From the IMG/VR virus record IMGVR_UViG_3300017963_000233: a stretch of DNA of 21,724 bases. The stretch is one strand, 5' to 3'. Each line of letters opens with the position of its first letter. The first letter of the stretch is position 1. The DNA is from a virus. This document shows, piece after piece, positions 16,718 through 21,724 of the stretch. The notes beneath the pieces are model-generated. The model was given only the letters and a program-made list of their open reading frames with translations. It was not told the origin of the DNA and searched no databases. The position numbers and the translations under genes are program-made.

Positions 16718-17343
16718 GATATGATGCCTTTTTCATTAACCTTCGCACGTTTGCCAAATATTTTTACACCATATTTTTCACTCAATGCGTCAGTGATATA
16801 AGTCCGTGCAGTGGATTTCGCTTTTTTGGGAAATTTCGCAACCGCTTTGTCAAGGACTTGCTTTCTTGTCCATTTCCCCTGATCGATCAGTTTGATGATA
16901 TATTCCTTCATCTCCGATTTTCTTGAACTCTTTCTTGGCTTTTTGATTTCAGGTTCAGGTTCAGCTTCTTCAGGTTCTTCCTCTTCTTCATCTTCTTCAT
17001 CAATCTCATCATCGGCTTCTTCCGCTTCAGCTTCTTCAGCTTCTTCTTCATATTCAGCTTCAGCTTCAGCAGCTTCTTCCTCTTCGCCGCCCTCCAATTC
17101 ATCCTTAAACAGCATAGTGTAGAAATTGACGACATGTTCTGGAAATTCAAGTTCTTCAGCATCGGTTCTGTTCGCAAATGCTTCATACGCTTCCACGAAT
17201 GTTTTGACTCTATCCTCTTTCGTCACACCAATATACCGCAAATTCTTTTCGAGAAGTTTGTTTCCCGCCGCATCACACATGTCATTCAAACCCCTGATTG
17301 CAACATTCAAATGCCCATTCTCTAATTCTGCAACTTCTTTCAT
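16708..17343 (-). CDS. Hypothetical protein with an acidic low-complexity linker and a basic winged-helix-like C-terminus
   Basis: Strong AGGAGG RBS; E/A/D-rich central tract; basic helical C-terminal domain. Confidence 0.75.
   Translation of the reverse strand: MKEVAELENGHLNVAIRGLNDMCDAAGNKLLEKNLRYIGVTKEDRVKTFVEAYEAFANRTDAEELEFPEHVVNFYTMLFKDELEGGEEEEAAEAEAEYEEEAEEAEAEEADDEIDEEDEEEEEPEEAEPEPEIKKPRKSSRKSEMKEYIIKLIDQGKWTRKQVLDKAVAKFPKKAKSTARTYITDALSEKYGVKIFGKRAKVNEKGIISWS
16949..17093. repeat. Low-complexity (GAA/GCT)n coding repeats encoding the EEEAAEAEAE linker
   Basis: Repeated ttcagc/ttcttc units on the + strand. Confidence 0.7.
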
Positions 17344-17392
17344 TTTGTTCCTCCTATTGAATTGATTTGAAAATTTCTCACCGTCTGCTTGT

Positions 17393-17401
17393 ATGATAGC
17401 A
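17393..17401 (-). promoter_or_regulatory. Possible extended -10 promoter (TG-C-TATCAT) upstream of the acidic protein gene
   Basis: TGCTATCAT on the minus strand in the 85-bp intergenic gap; no good -35. Confidence 0.35.
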
Positions 17402-17428
17402 CCGCATTAAAATTCCATAAAAATGAAT

Positions 17429-18088
17429 TCAAGGCAATTCGATAAATTTGTGGATTTGGATATTCATCACAACATCATGCAATGAATCTTTGATCATCTT
17501 GTCGAAAAGTATTGCAGTATTGCAATGTGGAAAGACAGGTGAAAAGGCGATTCTCGATTTGAATCCTAAGTCCTTGATCAATCTGTAGCACTCTACTGCC
17601 TTTTTATAATCTTCATCGTCGCACAAAACAAATTTGAACCAATCATTCGAGTTCAAATCTTCTGGTAATTTTTTTACCCACATCGGATCATAATGCCCCG
17701 ATCTTGGCATCTTCACATCAATTACCCATCCAATTCTATTCCTCATCTTTGGAAGTTCTGGTATTTCTATTGATCCGTTCGTCTCGATAGAGATCTTTAC
17801 ATTTCGATTTCTGTACAAGTTTTCAAGCAAGGGGATAAGATAGTGTTTTTGAAGCAGAGGCTCGCCCCCAGTCACGACAATATTCGTAAGCCCTTTACTT
17901 TTCACTCTTTCAGCAACGACAGGGACGGGCATCAATATTCCCGACTTGGATGAAATATAATTTTTCGTATCGCAATAGCCACATTGGTAATTACATCCCG
18001 CAAGTCTTAAAAAAGTGCAGGGAATACCTTGGGGAAACAAGCCCACTTCCCCGCTTATACTGTTGAATATTTCGCCAACTAAAAGCAT
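17429..18088 (-). CDS. queE: 7-carboxy-7-deazaguanine synthase (radical SAM)
   Basis: EIFNSISGE, FLRLAGCNYQCGYCDT, VTGGEPLLQ, IETNGS, IQIHK. Confidence 0.93.
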   Translation of the reverse strand: MLLVGEIFNSISGEVGLFPQGIPCTFLRLAGCNYQCGYCDTKNYISSKSGILMPVPVVAERVKSKGLTNIVVTGGEPLLQKHYLIPLLENLYRNRNVKISIETNGSIEIPELPKMRNRIGWVIDVKMPRSGHYDPMWVKKLPEDLNSNDWFKFVLCDDEDYKKAVECYRLIKDLGFKSRIAFSPVFPHCNTAILFDKMIKDSLHDVVMNIQIHKFIELP

Positions 18089-18093
18089 CTTTT

Positions 18094-18483
18094 CTACCTC
18101 ACTACCTGAGCGAATGCACCGTCTGTTTCATAGATTGTTATTTCCTCAAGGACAAGAGGATTGTATCTCTGATACGTTTTATTCAATTCCTGCAATCTAT
18201 TGTCGATCTTCTCAAAGGCGAATTCACAAAGATTCTCTACGGTGGGAGGCTTTTTGATTTCATCGATGTCATTGAGGTTGTTGTGATCGACAGTGCAGAG
18301 GACTTCTTGATGGACGATTTCTTTCAAATGTGCAAAGTCGATTATCATTCCATGATCACCTATCTTACCGCTCACCTTCACAAGCATTCTCGCATTGTGC
18401 CCATGTTGGTTCTGACATGTGGGGTGGCCAGGCAAAAAATGGCCATAAGAGAACTTGAATTCTTTGCATACGCTCAGTTTCAT
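18094..18483 (-). CDS. queD: 6-carboxy-5,6,7,8-tetrahydropterin synthase
   Basis: HFLPGHPTCQNQHGHN, GMIIDFAHLK, DHNNLND, PTVENL, YET. Confidence 0.93.
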   Translation of the reverse strand: MKLSVCKEFKFSYGHFLPGHPTCQNQHGHNARMLVKVSGKIGDHGMIIDFAHLKEIVHQEVLCTVDHNNLNDIDEIKKPPTVENLCEFAFEKIDNRLQELNKTYQRYNPLVLEEITIYETDGAFAQVVR

Positions 18484-18497
18484 TTTACCTCCTCGGG

Positions 18498-18536
18498 AAA
18501 AAAGATGAGGGGGCGACTTTTAAGGGCCGCCCCCTC
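18498..18536 (-). terminator. Intrinsic terminator-like hairpin immediately before the queD RBS
   Basis: GAGGGGGCG (18507-18515) / CGCCCCCTC (18528-18536), followed on the minus strand by ATC-TTTTTT. Confidence 0.6.
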
Positions 18537-18600
18537 GCAAGGCTTAGGGGGGAAACACTGTGAAAGGAGACGCCTTGCTGAATGAGAATCGGTCATTATC

Positions 18601-18629
18601 AATATAACACTTATTTTAAGATCCTTCAA
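18601..18629 (-). promoter_or_regulatory. Sigma70-type promoter facing the que cluster
   Basis: TTGAAG - 17 nt - TATATT with extended TGn and an upstream A-tract. Confidence 0.65.
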
Positions 18630-18637
18630 CATTTTTT

Positions 18638-18742
18638 TTATTTACTCGGTTTTCCAATGGGCCCTTTTCCTTTGCCCCTGCCTTTACCTTTTCCTTTACC
18701 TCCCGATCTGATCTTGCCTCCTGGACACTTCGCCAACACCAT
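18638..18742 (-). CDS. Unannotated small basic Gly/Lys-rich peptide (32-34 aa)
   Basis: MVLAKCPGGKIRSGGKGKGKGRGKGKGPIGKPSK*, preceded by AGGAGGTGAT (18741-18750). Below the ORF-track length cutoff. Confidence 0.6.
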   Translation of the reverse strand: MVLAKCPGGKIRSGGKGKGKGRGKGKGPIGKPSK

Positions 18743-18774
18743 CACCTCCTCTCTCTGATGGAATAGCGATTTTA

Positions 18775-18829
18775 AGCGCATGGACTTTAAATATCCTACT
18801 ACCCCACCGACCCTACAAATCCATGCGCT
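18775..18829. repeat. 10-bp perfect inverted repeat with a 35-nt spacer
   Basis: AGCGCATGGA (18775-18784) / TCCATGCGCT (18820-18829). Confidence 0.6.
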
Positions 18830-18862
18830 CTCTGTTGAAATGAGCTGTGAAATTTTCGATTT

Positions 18863-19060
18863 TTAAACGTCATCATTGACCAAAAATCTTTCAGAAGTTG
18901 GAATATCGAAAAATGGAAACATTAATTTAAAATTTTCGTATGATGCAAAATGAATCTTTCCGCTTTCATCATACCACTGCACCGCTCTATATCCCACTCT
19001 CGAATCATATCGATTTTTCTTTTTGCGGAACTCAAGATATTTCACGTTATGAGGTTTCAT
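18863..19060 (-). CDS. Hypothetical protein
   Basis: 65 aa, starts 2 nt after the helicase stop. Confidence 0.5.
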   Translation of the reverse strand: MKPHNVKYLEFRKKKNRYDSRVGYRAVQWYDESGKIHFASYENFKLMFPFFDIPTSERFLVNDDV

Positions 19061-19062
19061 AG

Positions 19063-20586
19063 TCAGTTTACCCAGCTATCCAAATGGAATTGTCCTAAAT
19101 TCAAATTTTGCGTAAGATAGCACCGCCTCTCCTCATCGAAGTCGAGATGGCGATGATCAATACACCCTATCCTCGTAAATCCTATCCTCTTCTCATGAGG
19201 TGTTTGGTTGATCGTGAACATTGCATCGACATGCCCCAACTTGCCTACCCATCTTGCCGTATGCTTCGTGCCAAGATCCGAGGCGTCCTGCGCTTCCTTA
19301 TTCACCTGTGTCGGAGTCACAACAACACAATGCCTTTCAGATGCCATTTTCGCAAGCGCCATCCACGCCTCATCCTCTTTCTCTACTCCATGCAGTCCTT
19401 TGCGCTCTGGTGCCGTGATGTCTACCATATCAACGACAATGAGTTGAGGGACAAAGTTTTCTCGCTTCTCGAGGATGTCCAAATCTCTTTGCATATCTTG
19501 TATGTTGGCAGTGAAGCGGGGATAGCATCTGAGTCGGTAATAATCGTGGTACAACTGTTCATACGCTTTCAGTTTGCTTTTTACGCTGTAGCGATCAAAC
19601 CAGTCGTCGTATTCGATACTTACATACCATATCGCAAATTGATAATTGTTTCTTCTGTTGGTTCTGCATACGGAGCAGGGCTTGTAGAGTTTGCACAATT
19701 TCGAATGTGGATTGAATTCAGGTAGCGCACCTCCTTCCTCTTCCACCAGTCCCACACTACTTTTCCTTTCCTGTAAATCACACCTGTTGTATTGATTGTG
19801 GGCACAGTCGAAGACAGGTATTATTACATCTTTCCCTTTGTCTGGCAGGGCGGTGAGTCTTCTGAAAAGGCGATTGAGGTTTTGAGGCCTATTCATCTCA
19901 AGGGAGAACTTTGCGACTTTTTTAAAATCGATCAACGCTGAAAATCCCCATTCATCCGCAAACCATGTCTTCCCTCTTTTGAACGGTCCCATAATGCCTA
20001 TCAACCACCCTGGGACCGCTTTGACGACAAACTCACCAAGCCCTTTGCCAAAAGTGAAAAGAGTGCCAGTCTCATCGAATGCCTCATCTGCTCTTTTGCT
20101 GTCGAGTGGATTGATCCATTCAGATGCGACGCGGCTGACTTTGTGGAAATCGAGAACTTCTTTTTCTGCGGCATCTACATCTCCCTTTTCAAGGAGTATC
20201 TGGATGTTGCTTGAGGTTATCTCAAGCTCCCTCTTTTTGAAATAGAAAAGAGTCTGGTCAAGAAGGTAGTCAACATTGATAGACTCGGTTGTGGCATATC
20301 TGTCGGAAATTGTTTTAAGCAAAGTTGATAGTATATCAACTTCTTCCTGTTCGAGGTCACCTTTTCTTGCGTCAAAGATATTTTCGATATCTTTAAACGG
20401 AGCTTTTTCATAGTTATCGAAGTATTCAGCGCACCAGATGGCGACAGTTTTAGCATATTGGTTCTGGAAATAATCAGTGTTAAAAGAATTCTGGATCTCT
20501 GTGAGGTATTCATCGGATACGATCATTCCTGTTATGATTCGATTTTCAATTGTGGAATCAATCTTTTTGATTTTTATTTCAGGCAT
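19063..20586 (-). CDS. dnaB: DnaB-like replicative helicase with a Cys-rich insertion
   Basis: Walker A GPFKRGKT, FSLEM, IVVDMVD, VVTPTQVNK, HVDAMFTINQ. Likely start ATG 20586 (MPEIKI). Confidence 0.82.
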   Translation of the reverse strand: MPEIKIKKIDSTIENRIITGMIVSDEYLTEIQNSFNTDYFQNQYAKTVAIWCAEYFDNYEKAPFKDIENIFDARKGDLEQEEVDILSTLLKTISDRYATTESINVDYLLDQTLFYFKKRELEITSSNIQILLEKGDVDAAEKEVLDFHKVSRVASEWINPLDSKRADEAFDETGTLFTFGKGLGEFVVKAVPGWLIGIMGPFKRGKTWFADEWGFSALIDFKKVAKFSLEMNRPQNLNRLFRRLTALPDKGKDVIIPVFDCAHNQYNRCDLQERKSSVGLVEEEGGALPEFNPHSKLCKLYKPCSVCRTNRRNNYQFAIWYVSIEYDDWFDRYSVKSKLKAYEQLYHDYYRLRCYPRFTANIQDMQRDLDILEKRENFVPQLIVVDMVDITAPERKGLHGVEKEDEAWMALAKMASERHCVVVTPTQVNKEAQDASDLGTKHTARWVGKLGHVDAMFTINQTPHEKRIGFTRIGCIDHRHLDFDEERRCYLTQNLNLGQFHLDSWVN

Positions 20587-20588
20587 CG

Positions 20589-21724
20589 TCAATCCCATTT
20601 GTATTGCAAAATGAACCCGCACTTGTCGAGATATGTGGGAACTCTCTCTTTAAGCGTTTTGTTGGACAAGAAGAAGCCAGGTGTTATCCTCATCGTGCCG
20701 TTCACATCCTCCTTTATCGCATTGTAAAATATTTCAGCCATCTCCTTGTATGAAAAATGAAATATGCCTCTATTCCAATACCTGTCCTTTTTTGGATCTT
20801 TGAAAAAGGCATAGATCGCATAACTCGCCATTATGAGCTTATCCATCTCAGGTTGCGTCTTTGGCTTTTCAATGTGTTTCAGTATTTCTGCAAGGATTTC
20901 AGGCTTACCTCTATTGCCGGCAACAGGTTGTCCAGGTTTCTTCTTTGGCTCACTGTGAAGGCATTTAATGAAACTGCTTTGATTGACTTTCGAATAAGGG
21001 CAAAAGAGGAATCGTTCAAGGTAAATGCTTAGATTGTTTTTATTGGCAGGATAGTATTCTGGGTCGAATTGCAACGCATACCGGCTAATCGCTAATTTGA
21101 TTTCATCAACGGAATATTTTCTAACGTGATCTTCAAATCCAGAATGCCCTTTGAATAGTGAACCGTTCAACGCCATTTTGATTCGTTCAACATCTTTCGT
21201 ATATTGTTTTGTTCCTTCCGCAGGGCATTTCTTAATGTAATAATCTTCATAATAAAAATCCAGGATTTCTTTTACGGCAAAAGGTAGTTTAATTTCTTTT
21301 GTTTCAGGTCGATGCTTTTTGTTGAGCAAGAGATGATCGTTTTGGTGGGGATTTTTAGAACCCATACGGGATCGAAACGAAGTTTCGTTAATAGTTTTAT
21401 TTATAAAACTATTATCAGAAAATGTATTATATTTATTATATACTTTAATCTCAGAGTGATCCAGGTTCACCCGGGGGGTGAACCTTGAACACTCCCCATC
21501 CCCATTATTGGGTAATTCTGGTTTACCCGGGGGGTGAACCACATTCACCCCCCTATCACCTTGGTTTTCTTCTTGCGGGGTATGAGATTTATCTAATTGG
21601 GGTGACATTTTGTCTGGTGTCTGGGATTCACTGGGTTTATCAGTGTTTTTTTCTTCATTTGAAAATTCATTATAATATTCGATTATCCATCTCTTTTTAA
21701 TTGTATAAGTGTTACTGCTATTCC
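20589..21724 (-). CDS. Putative phage replication initiator (frame open to the window edge)
   Basis: The frame stays open upstream of ATG 21608 to 21724 (...NSSNTYTIKKRWIIEYY..., resembling the wing of a wHTH). Contains internal palindromic repeats and an AT-rich tract, and directly precedes the helicase. Confidence 0.55.
   Translation of the reverse strand, partial: NSSNTYTIKKRWIIEYYNEFSNEEKNTDKPSESQTPDKMSPQLDKSHTPQEENQGDRGVNVVHPPGKPELPNNGDGECSRFTPRVNLDHSEIKVYNKYNTFSDNSFINKTINETSFRSRMGSKNPHQNDHLLLNKKHRPETKEIKLPFAVKEILDFYYEDYYIKKCPAEGTKQYTKDVERIKMALNGSLFKGHSGFEDHVRKYSVDEIKLAISRYALQFDPEYYPANKNNLSIYLERFLFCPYSKVNQSSFIKCLHSEPKKKPGQPVAGNRGKPEILAEILKHIEKPKTQPEMDKLIMASYAIYAFFKDPKKDRYWNRGIFHFSYKEMAEIFYNAIKEDVNGTMRITPGFFLSNKTLKERVPTYLDKCGFILQYKWD
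21385..21553. other. Putative replication origin (palindromic iterons plus AT-rich unwinding tract)
   Basis: GGTT(C/T)ACCCGGGGGGTGAACC at 21464-21484 and 21520-21540, inverted half-site TTCACCCCCC at 21544-21553, AT-rich tract at ~21385-21450. Confidence 0.6.

Noticed and set aside
18484-18600. preQ1 class I riboswitch upstream of queD
   Set aside because: Lacks the short stem with conserved loop and the 3' A-rich tail.
8505-20622. Longest-ORF starts at 8624, 10085, 13774 and 20622
   Set aside because: They overlap upstream genes. Downstream ATGs at 8504, 10019, 13735 and 20586 have SD-like sequences and match domain starts.
21464-21553. CRISPR array
   Set aside because: Only two full repeats plus a half-site, inside an open reading frame, and no cas genes. 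Iterons fit better.
197-21700. The many + strand ORFs (e.g. 19108..19725, 12274..12705, 9412..9783) and nested alternative-frame minus ORFs
   Set aside because: Shadows of well-supported minus-strand genes, with no motifs or RBS.

Overview
A segment of a large dsDNA bacteriophage (probably Caudoviricetes with a bacterial host, judged from AGGAGG ribosome-binding sites and a sigma70-type promoter). Essentially all genes are on the minus strand. Read in transcription order (right to left): a putative replication initiator that runs off the window and carries an internal origin-like repeat cluster; a DnaB-like helicase; small ORFs; a promoter plus structured leader; a complete 7-deazaguanine DNA-modification cluster (queD, queE, an acidic protein, queC, queF, folE, a small ORF, dpdA-like transglycosylase); a replisome (beta-clamp-like protein, UDG-fused family A polymerase, DnaX/RFC-like clamp loader); UvsY-like and HIRAN proteins; a 243-bp repeat-bounded single-gene cassette; two adjacent structured non-coding RNAs; a recombination module (gp32-like SSB, RecA, 5'-3' exonuclease, Holliday junction resolvase); AT-rich hypothetical genes; the N-terminal half of a split SbcC/Rad50; and the start of SbcD/Mre11. 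The most unusual elements are (1) a ~290-nt tRNA skeleton with large structured insertions in both the D-loop and anticodon loop, followed by a second ~80-nt structured RNA, (2) the DR/IR-bounded mini gene cassette next to it, and (3) a possible attenuator controlling the deazaguanine operon. All calls come from motifs read by eye; no searches or folding programs were run.
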